DNA of 64,000 bases from Raillietiella orientalis. Lineage: Eukaryota. Below the pieces are notes generated by a model. The model was not told where the DNA came from. It worked only from the letters and a program-made list of their open reading frames with translations, and did not search any database. Positions 37,301-50,199 of this stretch are shown here, piece by piece. Position 1 is the stretch's first letter; each line of letters starts with the position of its first letter. The translations under genes and the position numbers were made by a program. The stretch spans positions 4,402,001-4,466,000 of the forward strand of contig JAYWIR010000005.1 in NCBI GenBank assembly GCA_036172245.1. The letters run 5' to 3'.

Positions 37301-40300
37301 AAAATTAACCTGTACGTCTTTTCGCCCTGCTACCGTACTGTCTGTGCGATTCGGGTGCATTCCTACGACCCCGAAATCCAGCATCCGAGTTCGCGCAAAG
37401 GAGATCCGTTCCGTCCGGATTGCCGACGCTGATTAAGCGTCTGCACCAGTTCAAGATGGGGAGGGGGGGGAGGGAAAGAAGAAGAAGAAGAAATTTCGCT
37501 GCCTGAGGGAGTTCCAAGTACCTGTTGCGCAGCAGCACAGGAACCTCTTCCCGAGCTTTGCTTTCTATGCACGACATCCGTGATGGACTACCACCAAGCA
37601 CGTTGGAGACATTCGTTTTCTGCAGCTCTGGTGATTCCTACGAGCTCTGAACGTGCTCTATCTAATGCGATCAAAAAGCACGCAATCAAGATTTCCACTA
37701 CTAAAGAAAGCAGGAAAACGACGGGTGTAAATTACATTCGCAAAAGATAATTACGCTCGTTGCCTTTATCTTTTGAAATAAATGCTTGCAGTGGCCGAGA
37801 CGCTAAACAAAATAAACCTCAGTTTCCTTCGACACTTAAACGAAGGTCTCAAACCCACTCTGCGTGATGCACAGAATCCCGCGCACTTCCTGAAACCCTC
37901 TAACACGGATTCCCATTCTCATTTCATCAAATACGCGAAAAATTACGGATCCACGTTCCGTTTTAATAAAAGCTAGATTATGTACCGTCCGGGAAAATGG
38001 ACCTACTAATGAGAAGGCTTATCAAAGAGAGCCTCGCCCACGTCCTTCAAACAAAGACGTGAAGTCTCAGCTGAGCAGCGTACCGCACGCACTAAGCTCC
38101 GAATGGTGCACCCTAGGCAACACACCGGATATTCCGAGGCTGGAAGCAGCAACACGCTCCCGTCAGCTAGGAGAGAGAAAGGAGACGCACGGTATACGGT
38201 TTACTTGGGCTATCTGCTTCCCTTAAAGAATGAGCTTCCCAGTCACGTGCCCCCCCAACGTAGGAGCACAGAACTTTTTCTGCGTGGAACACTTTTCAGA
38301 TGTTCTGAAGAAGAAGAAGAAGGAGAAGAAGGAAAAAAAAAAAAAAAAAAAAGAAACTCTGTGGTTGCAAAGTTACAACGAGTGATCGTAAAGTTACAAT
38401 CCGTTGACAAGTATGATCTCGTCTAAAGTTGCCACAGCGTGATAGAACCTCTCAAGAGCTACTGCCATTTCCTTATTATATGACTCTTCCAGAATAGTCA
38501 TTTCCCAGGCACCTTTCGCGTTAAATAAAAGACGAGACGTGGCAAACGCCAGAAAACATCTGTTTGTCCTATCGACTGGAAAGGAAACTGAACCGTAAAT
38601 CAGCATTTGTAGTAACTGTCCAGCAGAAAAATTTCATTGGTTACAGAGAAATTACAAAGAGGATAGAGGCAGTAGCAATGAATATTAATATAGAATTAGC
38701 GGTAATAAGAAGATTTGAGGACACAAACAGCTTATGATTATGGCGTATGAAAAGTTGCTTTCTCTATATATATAAAAAAAAGAAAGAAAAAGGTAATTTG
38801 AATGATTGAAAGCCTATCAAAAGTAGCTTAACTGGAGTCGTCTGATCTACAAACAAGATAACCAGCAAGGGCATACGCATTTGATTCCGAATGCCGATTA
38901 ATCTTTGAAATTCTCTGTTAAGTGGGCTTCTGAAATCTCAGGAAGAGCTTGATGGCAACTAGTAAACCGTAAAACTGCCCACAATTTCCGGCGCGCACAT
39001 TCAAAGGAGGATGAAATTAAAGATAACAACGTTAACAAGCAAGGGAAGAAACTGACGCTCGGCAGAAATCTGTTAGAGGCGAGCACTAATGCACAGGAGC
39101 ATGGGAATCATGGCGAATTCATGCTTTCCCTTTCTTTCCTTACTTTCAAATTTGATCGAGGGAGAAGGGGCTATCCCGAGAAAGAGTTCGCATAAGGCAC
39201 CTGGAAAAGCTGAATAAGCAAAGATGGTATCACAAATAACTTCCCTGAAGAATACGGAACCGTAAAAAGCGGCCCAATTATACGAGGCAGAATGTAATCG
39301 TGATCCAGACATGTACTCAACTGATTAATACAATGATGCATTGCAAGATATATTATGCTCACAAACTGTCCTACTTTCAGGGGAAAAAGCTGATTAAGTC
39401 GTGCTATAATGATGTCGTTCTTGAAAACACTCTAGCCATGACTGCTTATTATTCAGTTGGTGTGATGAGAAATGAGCGCTCTCACACGGAAATGATTCAA
39501 GTTAATGAACGGTTCCTTAAACGAAAAGTACGGCATTCCCTATTTAGAACTTTCGTGTAGGTATGCATCCATCCCTCATTCTCGAAGTGAGACCAGACTT
39601 TCGGCTTTGACCACAATGTAGCAATTTGCAGCTGCAACATGGGGAACCTCGATTTCAACCGTGCACTTCAGTAACCAAACTACACCTGATCAAACCACCA
39701 AAGCAAACGCCAGTCATCTTAACTAACATTCATGAGATGTTTACTGTAATCACTGATTTACAAAGAGCCAAAAAAATGATTCTTTGGAAGTCAGATGAAT
39801 GGCGGGATCACTCGGGATCATCAACGATTTATTTCATTTTCTTCGCCTAACTTCAGCGTAACTGAGGAGGAGGAGAAGGGGAAGAAAAAAAAAAAATGGC
39901 CTGCGGAAGAAACCCAGCAGCAAACACACACACACACACACAAACAACATCAGTCCGGATGCCTTCTAACCATATCATTCTTTAAAATCGAAAACAACGC
40001 TGAAACACTCTAAAAGTATTGTGGAGCAAGGGGTGGAGGGCTCGGAAATGCGCACGCCATGCTCAGCAGACATCCGCTGCTGTTACTGAAATTTTGTCTC
40101 ATTTGACCTTCACTTCCGCTGCAACCAGCATCAAAGATCTAGGTTCATCACGCAAACGAGCATCTTTACACACAAAAAAAACATACATTAAATACACCAA
40201 ATAGGGTAAAGATGAACACAAATAAAAACAGAAAGAAAAAGCATGGATAGGTCCAGCACACACACCGTGATGGCCACGTCCTTCTTGTCACAGGTGTTGA

Positions 40301-43300
40301 ACTTGCGCCGAAAACGGAGGACGGTGTGCGTGCCATTCTGCGATCCGTGCAGCAGTTCCCAATCCTGCTGAGAATCGAGTTCCGGTTCCCGGTTGGCCTC
40401 GGCAAAGCGATCCTAGGGAGAAATGCAGATGCTCATTAAATGCATTATTCAGATAGGGAAAGGACAGGGAGAGCAGGAAGAAGAAAAAAGAAAGAAGCAA
40501 ATGTCGCCTGTTTTTGGAACCGCGAGGAAGAGGCTTCCGTCCGATAACGTTATCCCGATAAGTCGCATCGTTCACGAAATGATCGAAATCGCCGACGACA
40601 GCTGGATAGATATTCTAATGTGAAAACCACGGGATTAATCACCCGGGCTACGGCACTGAGGGAGACAGCAGCTGTAAACGAGTCAGACATCCAAATTAGA
40701 AACTACCCAAGAGGGTTTTTTGGTTGTTGTTTACAAGTACCGGAAGACTTCACGGGCACTTGGGGACGCAGGTCGTGGACATGCGCTGGATTTTCCGCAT
40801 GGACTTTCCGTCCACTCTCTCCGGAAACCATGGAAAAGCCGGCGGGTACCAACACACGCAAAGACAAAACGGTTTCCCGGCTACAGGGACCAGTTGTGTG
40901 CGGTCGGGTTGGTTTCATTCCAACTCCTCGGAAAATGGAAACAAATAGGCACGGGAGACAAATTTGTTTTCCAAGTTGGGAGAGCATCGAGACCAAAAAA
41001 AAAAAAAAAAGAAGAAGGAAAATAAAAAGGAACCCAAGTCAAACGAACGCACGTTGTGATTACTTTCAGCACGACCTACTTCACTGTCCGTGGGTGCAGA
41101 AGTGCACTCCGAGTGCTCACAAGATTCAGAGGAAAGTCACTTACTGATGCAGAAAGTCATCGACTCCACGGAAAACTCTTTCCAAACCGAAATAGAAAAC
41201 TCCGGGCGTTTCATTCAAATTAGGCTATCGCGCAGCAAGATGGCGAGGGGACAGTTCCAAGAGTGTAAAGGAACGGGTCATCGTCATCACTCTTCACAGG
41301 AATCGAAACTGTTCGCGCAAATCGAATCCAAAAATAAGGAGGACAAAGTTAAGAAAAATCTGCAATCTGCAAATCCAAAACTCTGCTGCTGCTACCCCGA
41401 GGATAAAACGAATAGTTTTGTATACTTTATTCAAGGTCTTCTATCCTTTATCAAACAACCCTTTACCACTGGCCTGGGTCAATGCAGCAAGCCCTGCAAC
41501 AAGACTTCGAAATCATGCAAAACGAAAACCCTCGTGTATTCTTAAAGAGACTGTGTGTTCGACAAACCGAGGTCTGCAAAGAAGCGGCGCTCAGCAGGAC
41601 TTCTTGAAAAGAACAAACATGTCTTCAGATCATAAGAAGACCAACTGAAACACCCCCTTTGTGGGGTGGTTTCTTGGTTCTCAACAAAACCCACGCAGTC
41701 GGAAAGTGGAAAAAGAAATTTCGATACAAAAGGGTTCGTCCAAATGCAGAAAGGTACACACGCTTGTATGTTTTTAACCGAAGCTTGATTCCAACGAAGA
41801 TTCGATCAGCAGCACACGAAACAAACGCGGACTACGAAAGGCAGACCATGCTGTACAAAGGCACTCAACAGCAATCCGAAGGAGTTGCAATGGACGGTCA
41901 CAATCGAACGCTGCAGCCACGGAAATGATAAATCATAAAGAAGAAACGTATAATCATCGCATCATGAATAATAATAATCCGCTAATAGACCGATATCCTC
42001 CGAGTGAAAAATTTTGAACGAGCTGCACTATAAATCAAGAAATATGCAATTGCTGGCCAAATAACGTTGTAAATAATTGAGTCAGCAATAAGTGATACAT
42101 TTACAATAAAAGACTGTACATTCATTAATTATACATCGTTAAGTGTCGGCAAGCGTGCAATTTTCTAGCTTGCAAACAAAAAAAAAAAAGAAATACACTC
42201 AAAAACTCTTCGAAGCCTAAAATTTGATGAAGTAACTTTTGAAGATGCTAGTAACCTTTTTTCTTTTAACACCACCTTTGCTCATGCTCATACTCATTCC
42301 GTAACTTCTCTGTGTGTTTCGGTGCATTTGTGGATGGTTTCAGCAAAACGCTCAGAACACCTCAGCACCGGAACACATGATGATCAGAGTACAAAAAAAT
42401 GGGGACTGCAACATCACTAAACACTGAACCACAAAGATGATGTCGATCAAATACAGTAGCAAGAAACTGTCCTCACGAGCTAAATAAACAAATAAGGAAA
42501 GGAGCTGAATGATGTGTCCCATCATCCCTTAGGAAAGCTCGACTGCATCATCCGCAAGTCGCACGGGGAAGAAGAAATCAAGCAAACAGAAATCCGGACG
42601 TGGCGCTTGCATATTTCGAAAAGTTGGAGAATTCATAGTGTACAGTTTCGGATGATTTCAAGTAAAGATTCGACACAGACGAGCGAACACGTGCTCGAAC
42701 TATATTGCAGACGCATCCAAGCCCTCAAGATTCTTCTCCTGATGTGGGTTTTGCAGTCAGTTTTGTGCAGCAAGCGTTCAAGAGGAAACGGCGAAAGGCC
42801 GGCAAATAGAATGTGGAAACACACACGAGGAATTCAAACGCCGTCCGAATTCCTCGGAGGTGGCCACGTTCCTCGGAAATCAACATAAATCACTACGGCT
42901 GTCACGCAGCTGATAGATTCGATCTCTGAAATTCAGAATTTGATGAAGTAATTTATGAAGATGCCAGTAATTTTTTTCTTCGATGTTTCCTTCGTCCACT
43001 CTTTCACTTAATCTCGCAACCATCGCGACGCCGGAAGTTGCAAAACCTTCCCTCTGGGGCACCAACTCTAATCTTAATTCCAGTTCTCGGTCTCTCCCCT
43101 GTGCAGAAGTGGGAAACGGAGCCTCGTGTTGGCAAACACCGACACGCTTCCATAACATTGGAAAACCTCATCCGAATCCGTAAACAAACCATTACACCGC
43201 GAACCTGGAGCAGTTTGCCCGCCGTAGTTGCAAGACTAAACTTTCAGATCCATCTGGGAAGTCCTCCTTCCCCCGCCTGTTCTTTTTTTTTTTTTTTTCT

Positions 43301-46300
43301 CTTTTTTGCCGGAATGTAGGTGCACTTGTTGCGACTGAAAGTGTGCAAAAGACGTGAGGATAAATCGGTGCAATCAAGTGTTGAAATGGCAAGGCCAGTA
43401 GTCTACATTACGCATGCCCATCATAAATTACCAAATCTGGAATTACCTACCACGTTAATGAGTACGCCCCTATTCGTTTTGAATGAAGCCTCTCTACCTT
43501 CTTTGACACTGTTTCTAAGATCAACTTGGTTATGTTGTCAAGTGGTCAAATTTTGCGGAAGAAGAATTCCTTCCACTTTAGTCTCGTATTTGAAGGACTC
43601 AGGAAGCTAACTCCGATATCCATATTGAGAAAGAAAAAAAAGAATCTCGCAAGCACATCGAAACAAAGTCTAGTTGTTCTACAAACAGAACTTTGCTTGC
43701 AAAAAGGAAAACTAGAAGACGATTGCGTGATGAGAAATACTATTTAAAATGATCACGAACGAAAAGAAATGACACAAAGACTGAAGAATATGAGAAAATT
43801 GAGCATTCGTTCAGAGTACAGGACGAATACACCCACAGAAACATACCCAGACAGTAACAGTGCTACATAGTAACACTATTATGACCACACTGTACAATAT
43901 CAACAGTGTAGTTTCAAATATCGGATATGACAACACATCTTACAGAGAAAAATGCATTTTCCGCTTTATGTTAAACAAAATAACGCAAACAAAAAAATCA
44001 GCATGCCCACACTACAGGATGCAATCTCTGTCTACTCTATTGCCTGTGGATTCATCGCAACTAAAAAAAGGCACCTATCTGGACAGAGAAACTTGGCTCT
44101 TGCCATGGATGCTGTGAAACAAAATGAATGGTGGACCAAATGGTCAGCTGGTAGCGCACCGAATGCACAAACGGGAATCCTCAAAAGAGGACGAGTGCGA
44201 GTGCTAAGTGAAAACAAACACGGAAACTGCGAGTCCGGCAAAGAGGACTTCAGCGAACACGTAATGAATTTGGAATCGCCGCTCAGGTGAAAAATTACAA
44301 AATATCTTCATTGAAGTGCTGCAAAAAAAGGAAGAAAAAAAAGGACTTTATTCGGTGCTTCTCCTGAGGAGAGAACCGGGCAAAAAATGGGCACGATAAA
44401 AAAAAAAAAAGAAAAAAAGAAAGAAAAAAAACCCATTGAGTAGATATACTTTTCTCGAAAAACTCAAGATCAAGGAGACGACACGAATCCGGGCATGACC
44501 CTTCGAGAGAGCCTTCTTACCAGAGTGTGATCGTAATGATGTCAATGTGTACCTATTACCTTATACAAGATGAAAAAAATGCACCACGTGATGTGCTTTC
44601 AACCAATTCATTGTCTACTAATATTTTCATATTCTGGAACATATTTAATGGAATACGAGTTTTTTCTTCTTTTCTTTATGGAAACAAAGAGCCTAAATGG
44701 GGTTATTTCCCCGAAGCCATTTTGGAACTTCTCCAGTTCTCTCATTAGCCATTTTTTACATGCAAAAGGAGTTTTTGGTCAGAGAGAAACTGCTTGTGCG
44801 CTGTAAAACTTTCAGCTGCAACGAACCATTTCAATCACTTTAAGTACATAGTGATAGCTTCTCACACAAAGATTTATAGTACACTATCTGACAGCATTTC
44901 GTATTAATCTCAGCAACTTCCGTTTCTTGAATCTCATTCAACCTTTTCTCGTTTAAAACACCACAGGCCATATACAAATGTACGTTAATAAATCAATCAC
45001 GGATGCAAAGAACTTTTCATCATGTTTTCTAGAAGTCTTCACCCACTAGATCACAACTTCCTCGATTCGTATCCTTTCGAATGAAACTAAAAGGGATAAC
45101 TCAGGCCGCTGGCAAATCCACGTAGCTGTCGTGCAGTTTCTTCTCGAAAAACGAAGAGTGGAAGACCGTGGGGGTTTTCCAATTACACGGACACAAAAAA
45201 AAGCGTTTGCAAGTCGCTAAGCTCATGCGGATGGACATTCGCCCAGTGGATAGTACGTACAAGCCTTGGGTTTCGGATATACCAAGCCAAAGAACTTCAC
45301 AGAGAAGCTCGCGTCCTCTTTTGACTGGCAATACAATCCACGAAGCACCCCAAATATTGGAATCGTTCGAATTTCTGCCAAGAACTCCAAATAAAGAGAA
45401 CACGAAGGACATGCGCAAGGAGTCCACAAGGATGCAACTTTCTGAAAATTTCCACAAACGGCAAGCTTCGAGAAACGTGTCTTCTGCATCCTCTTTTCCC
45501 ATCCACGTACCGAAACTGCGTCACGGCCAACTGGCCAAGTCGGAATAAACCAAAACACATAGTTACTTGTTCTCGAATGCCATTTCCGAAGATCATGGTC
45601 AGTGTGAAAAGAAAAAACAAGCGGGTGATGACCACGGGCAAATTACGAGGTAGTTCGGGGTGGAAACCTATAAACCGATCTTGGCAATGTCTCTGGAGCA
45701 TTCAACTAGCTACATCAAACGACACCTTCACATATTACAGGCTATAAAAAAAATCGTAAGCACTTAAAAGAGTAGATGACCAGCATGACCATTACAATTA
45801 AAGCGAAAATCCACTTGCATACACATCCAAGATCTACACAGTAACTTTCTCTCCACCTTTGAAAAAGCATGTTATGGGATGCTGCGTTCAAAACATTTAA
45901 GTAATGGCATCTTTCGAACACACTCCTAAAACTGAAATCGGTCTGGTGGATTTGTAGAACACGTTTCGCAACGTGTCGCCAATACATTCCCGGAAACCCC
46001 AAGGTTTGTGGGAAATCGTTTTCAACTATCAGTTGAGGGCTTTTAACTGGCCCTCACAAAGAGTTCCTACGTCTCCTTTTAAGTCTTACTAGAGGAACGC
46101 GAAGGTTACAAAGATTTCAAGAGAATGATAAAAAAAAAAAAAAAACACTTCGAACACACGAACACAGAATAACACATCAAAAAGGGGAAGGAAATCTGAT
46201 AAAACACGCGGCTGAAACTTCTTGAGAATTGATTAGATAAAGTGAAACACAATTGAGAGGGGGGGATCCGTGCCCATTCCCCGGCACTGGAATTCTCTGC

Positions 46301-48955
46301 AGCCTTCCCCCACAATTGCTGATTTTCGTCCCGAAAGGCGGCCTCACCAGGGCTCGAAAAGATGGAAATGACAAACAGAAGGTGTAAGCGATCGATAGGG
46401 ACACACAGATAGGGCCTTCGGGTTGACTGCCGCCACACACATTCGATGTTCCACCATGGTGCACGGAAAGAGTCCGGCAAACTAACGGGAGGACTTTCCA
46501 GAAGTGAGAGGAGCGCTTCCTCAGAGGGGCTTTTCCCGTGGGAAGGGTGCACGCACAACACCAATTTGAAAACAGCCCAAGGCCGAAATTCGTGTTTCGA
46601 CGCGAATTTTCAGAAAAGCATGCAAAGGCGCAAACTTGAAAAGGTTCGGGGCTCGTTCTGGGTCCATTCTCAAAATGTACCCTCGAGAAGAGCAATCCCG
46701 AAACTGAACGAGCAAGTGGAAACCATGAATTTAGAACCACAAAGACGAGATGCGTCGTGTCTCTAAGGTAATTATTTAAAAACACTTTTTTCCATTTGGT
46801 GAGCACGAGCGTTAATGAATTTCATGCTGTCCGCATGTCACCAGGATGAACGCTGCTCTTCAGATTTGCTACGCCCCTCGCAGAAATGATGATTGTGAAA
46901 CATAACGGATCCGATGCCACTTCCGCAAACAAGTAAGAAAGCTGAAGAAACGAAAGGTTTGCTTCCCGGTTGGATTCATAGGGAACACCATCTAAACAAA
47001 CAACAACCATCCAAACTGCGGGGGGAGGGGGGAACACGGGGAGAAGAGCTGCAGCCGCCGATGCCATGAAAGTGTCTCACGGTTTCTTGAAAAACTTCTC
47101 GCTTAGCAAGGAGAGAATTACATCGAGGAACGCCGTTGGCGATTGTCAATTAGAAAACGAGATGGTGCACCCCTTCCAATGTCAAATGATGGATCACAAA
47201 TCGTGGACCGAATCGAAGCACAGGTTCCGGAAATCGATCAGGTCTCTGATAAAGTGGCCTTAATAAAGAAAGCGGTGAGCTATGTATTTTGAATTTGCAG
47301 GAGTGTGCATGGAACAAATGCCGCCCCTCACTCCTCCAAAGTGTGCTCAAGAGTGTACGTAAACACCACAGTTTCGAAAAATTGACGCGTTTGAGGCATC
47401 CCTGAAAATCAAACATGCGAGACTCTCCAGCTGAGTCAAACACACACACACACAGAGAACAACAACCCGGACGGGACCCAATTGCCCTAACTCGCAGAAG
47501 CTGCACGTTTCACCGTTTCTTTCCCAGACCAAGCTCAAGACAAGGCGCTCGGAGACGGAAGAAACATCCACAGATGCGGCAGGAGCACAGCGCGCATCGC
47601 AACCACGGAGCGAAGAAGATGGAGCAGCAGCTCCACGATTCCACGCGCGTTGGCGCCCCCCTCCTTTCCTTCTGGACACAACATGCATTTTTCATCACCT
47701 GCTTTGCACTGAAGCAGCCACTGGGTCGTCCCTACTTACGGAAACACAGGAAGAGGGGAGAGCGGGAAACCACAGGAAGCTTTTGCCCTCACGAAACCAA
47801 ACGACCAAAAACGGAAAAACACCTCCTCACTACGTACACCGATGCGGTCACCCGTCATGGTGTGTCATGACGAGGACCATCTGGGCAGAGTGATTCCGCG
47901 CTGAAGGAGCGATTTCCGAGCTCAGCGTTAAAAATAACGCTGAAGGCGTTCGTCAGAGAACGTTTGGAACGTGTGAGGCTGCTGGTGCAGCCTCACAGTA
48001 CCTGGAAGATGATGATGAAACGATGCGTTTAACCAGGTCAAACGCTTCCTCCTTTCATAGGGTTTTTTCTTTTTTTTTTTTTCTTTTCTTCTTTTCCGGT
48101 TCGAGAAATGGAAAAAAAAAAAAAAAAAACAGTCCGAGATAAGGGAACAACTCTTTCTACATCAAGGCGCATTTTGTTTGCACAGCGACATAACACGGAT
48201 GTGTGCACTTTCAACTCGATGTGCGCTCGAAATCTTTTTTAATCACAGAACCGTTCCCGGTGAATTTATTTCAGACTGAACGCATTCGTTCCAATTCTCT
48301 CTCTGCCTGGAGGAGGAGCATTTCTCCACTGGCTCCAAATGCGATCTTTTTCCGATACAGAAACAAACACAATGAACCACACACAAAAAAAAAAAAAACG
48401 GCAAAAGAAAGATCATCAATTCACAGGTATAACGATCCGAAGAATCCCTCTCTAAGCATACATGAAGAAGATCCAAGGAAAAGCGAATTGTATGGAGACA
48501 TAGTTTTTTTTTTTTTTTTTTTTGATATCAGTGCTTTAGTGCCCACAATACATGCATCTTGATCAGGGGAAGAGGAGAAAGAAAAGGAGGAAAAAAAATT
48601 GGCAGCTTGAGAACACACATCAACTATTCATACCGTCGTACGATGAAAGCACCAATTACCACAAGAGTTGTGACAAACCAGCATGGAAATTTACCTGAAT
48701 GACAGCGCGTCCCTGGTCCACCCATCCAATCATGATGTCCGATCCCGCCATGCTACCGTCTTGGGAGAATCCCAGACCGATGTAGCCACGCGTCTGCACC
48801 ACCGTTTCGAAGGTGATAACGTCTTCACTAGTGCTCCAGCTGAGCAGGTAATAACCTCTCTGGTCCAAATACGTGGAGTGCATCAAAGCTGTTTCTTGCA
48901 TGCATTTCACAGACAACAAGAGTACACAGGTGAGCACACATGTAAAGGGGTGCAT
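31041..48955 (-). CDS. MOXD1: DBH-like monooxygenase (MOXD1-like), 10 coding exons, 668 aa; join(48955-48695,40412-40266,36490-36311,33480-33394,32654-32463,32412-32143,32080-32023,31968-31656,31586-31418,31370-31041)
   Basis: Exons total 2007 nt in one open frame with GT-AG introns. Signal peptide MHPFTCVLTCVLLLSVKC; DOMON motif GLGFSQDGSMAGSDIMIGWV; CuH ligands VHHL and ETHYDNP; CuM ligands LHSH and EEMC. HYDNP and AWAVGSEGFSLP resemble MOXD1 more than DBH/TBH (from family knowledge, no search run). Confidence 0.92.
31418..31586 (-). CDS. MOXD1: MOXD1-like exon 9, 169 nt
   Basis: poly-T tract then gatccag|T; NSLPLKIKSPSSLKNMTLEERLVTYEW...HPLCWERGRVVLP; donor CCG|GTGCGT; phase matches exon 8. 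Confidence 0.8.
31656..31968 (-). CDS. MOXD1: MOXD1-like exon 8 (CuM Met), 313 nt
   Basis: ctatcag|GC; RRLRLRHVRAGYELPPIARDDNYDFNYQEY...VLPGDELITECVYNS...GGLSTREEMCLAFVYYSP; phase-2 donor CC|GTGAGT. Confidence 0.93.
32023..32080 (-). CDS. MOXD1: MOXD1-like exon 7 (CuM HxH), 58 nt
   Basis: ccttgcag|GCC; AFPPEGIHVFGVILHSHTI(G); phase-1 donor G|GTCAGT. Confidence 0.92.
32143..32412 (-). CDS. MOXD1: MOXD1-like exon 6, 90 codons
   Basis: tttcaag|GGG; GFSLPPHAGYPL...YYLMETHYDNP...DSSGLRLYYTPRLRSSDAGVL...GHCIGLCTRQ; donor CAG|GTAGCA. Confidence 0.93.
32463..32654 (-). CDS. MOXD1: MOXD1-like exon 5 (CuH His-His), 64 codons
   Basis: cttcag|TAC; YEPLHQVGNEQYVHHLIVYEC...CYQPNMP...CNSIIAAWAVGSE; donor GAG|GTGAGC. 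Confidence 0.93.
33394..33480 (-). CDS. MOXD1: MOXD1-like exon 4, 29 codons
   Basis: ttcgcaag|GTG; VLLPPNEDTLYWCKVFRMPPMTRKHHMIR; donor CGG|GTGAGT. Confidence 0.92.
36311..36490 (-). CDS. MOXD1: MOXD1-like exon 3 (DOMON end and linker), 60 codons
   Basis: ctcatcag|AAC; NSTFRLIYAYGKDDVNEKLGSSNYHGPFQRGSQSIFLL...WDLKNSE; donor GAG|GTAATT. Confidence 0.92.
40266..40412 (-). CDS. MOXD1: MOXD1-like exon 2 (DOMON), 49 codons; frame not in the ORF track
   Basis: ccctag|GAT; DRFAEANREPELDSQQDWELLHGSQNGTHTVLRFRRKFNTCDKKDVAIT; donor ACG|GTGTGT. Confidence 0.92.
41200..41978 (+). mobile_element. Possible decayed non-LTR retrotransposon 3' end, antisense in intron 1
   Basis: Frameshifted LFKVFYP...LAWVNAA / FEIMQN..RVFLK / STNRGLQ resembles the post-RT region of LINE ORF2; (AAT)4 tail at 41967-41978. 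Confidence 0.3.
42221..42980 (+). repeat. 45-bp imperfect direct repeat pair (42221-42265 and 42937-42980) in MOXD1-like intron 1
   Basis: aatttgatgaagtaacttttgaagatgctagtaacc vs aatttgatgaagtaatttatgaagatgccagtaatt. Confidence 0.8.
48695..48955 (-). CDS. MOXD1: MOXD1-like exon 1 (signal peptide, DOMON N-part), 87 codons
   Basis: ATG at 48955; MHPFTCVL...YLLSWSTSEDVITFETVVQTRGYIGLGFSQDGSMAGSDIMIGWVDQGRAVIQ; donor CAG|GTAAAT. Confidence 0.92.
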
Positions 48956-50199
48956 TGCCGACACAGCATCCGTCAAGGGTTTGCAGTTCACCGCTTGCTC
49001 GACCGCGGTCCGATCCCCAAAGTCGAATCGTAGTGGAACACGCTCAACTTTTGTTTTTTCAACACGACCACTGGGGTTGCTCTGGAGATCTCCAGTCTTC
49101 TGAAGCAGAAGCTTAGGGGCACGAATGCTTCTTCATCCGTACTTATCCATCACATATTCGCAATGGTTCCTGCAAAGCACACACGAAACAATTAGGGAAG
49201 GCGAATGACCACGCTTTGGTTGTGTAAACGAAGATTTGTCATCAAAATGCAGTGCAGAATATCTCCAGAACAAACTGGCAGAGAGAGCGGAAAGGCGTTT
49301 TCCGTACGCTTCTCTCCCCTCTTTGCCCTCCCAAAGCCGTTTAACCATTCTCCGAGAAGACCGCTCTCTCCACGTGCGAGGACCGGACCACTGGAAGCAC
49401 ACAGGAGGTCTCCGAGGTTATTAAGAGAGGTTGCTAATACGAAAGCTTCCGATTTGTACAAGACGTTAACCCCCCACTGGCGGAGGCAGTGCAACCGAGC
49501 CGTGCCAGGCCGCAGGCTTCTCCCTCCTCCGTCGCCAAAGCGGAGGGTCCGTCATACCCGGAGGATCAAAACCTCCTGGAGCATCGCTGGATCTGCTCAA
49601 GATCCGGAGGATCCGGAAGCTGAACAAGATCCAACACTCGCGCGCATATCTGTTCCCGATTACGCGTACCTCGTAAATCTGCAGCCGCGAGCCAAAATTA
49701 CGTAACAGCCTCCGCTGTCAAAATAAGAAACAAATTACGTGTGAACCTGCAAGCAAACTAATACACTTACGTGCAGGGGCAATTCAAACCGAAACACACA
49801 AACTGAGTACGGAAACGGAAAATACACCTTTCGTGTTTCGTATGCAGCACACGAGAGAGGCAGCGTTCCACGGGCATCGGGACGACTGGTACGCCTGCTT
49901 TTCTTTTTCTTTTTTTTGTTCGCCACTACTGATCACACACCGCACGGAGCAATAAAAGGCACATTCCCAGCAGCCTCTTGGTTTTATTTTCACAGGACCA
50001 CAGAAAGTGGACCGAGAAGCGGAAACCACGCCATCACGTCAGCGTCCTGCAACGTTCGTGCACCGCCGTCGGAATCTGTCAACTGTTTACTAACACAGGG
50101 AACAACCTCGAGGGATGAGGCTTGGAATTAAAGGCAATTATCCGTAAAAGTTTCCTCGTTAAACTTTTAGCGGTTCAGGGACCCGAGACAGCTTAATGA

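Noticed and set aside
46177..46806. 209-aa ORF in intron 1 as a nested gene
   Set aside because: Non-ATG start, no motif, no supporting splice structure.
48956..48991. N-terminal extension shown in the ORF track (MNCKPLTDAVSA)
   Set aside because: Begins at GTG; the ATG at 48955 directly starts a signal peptide.
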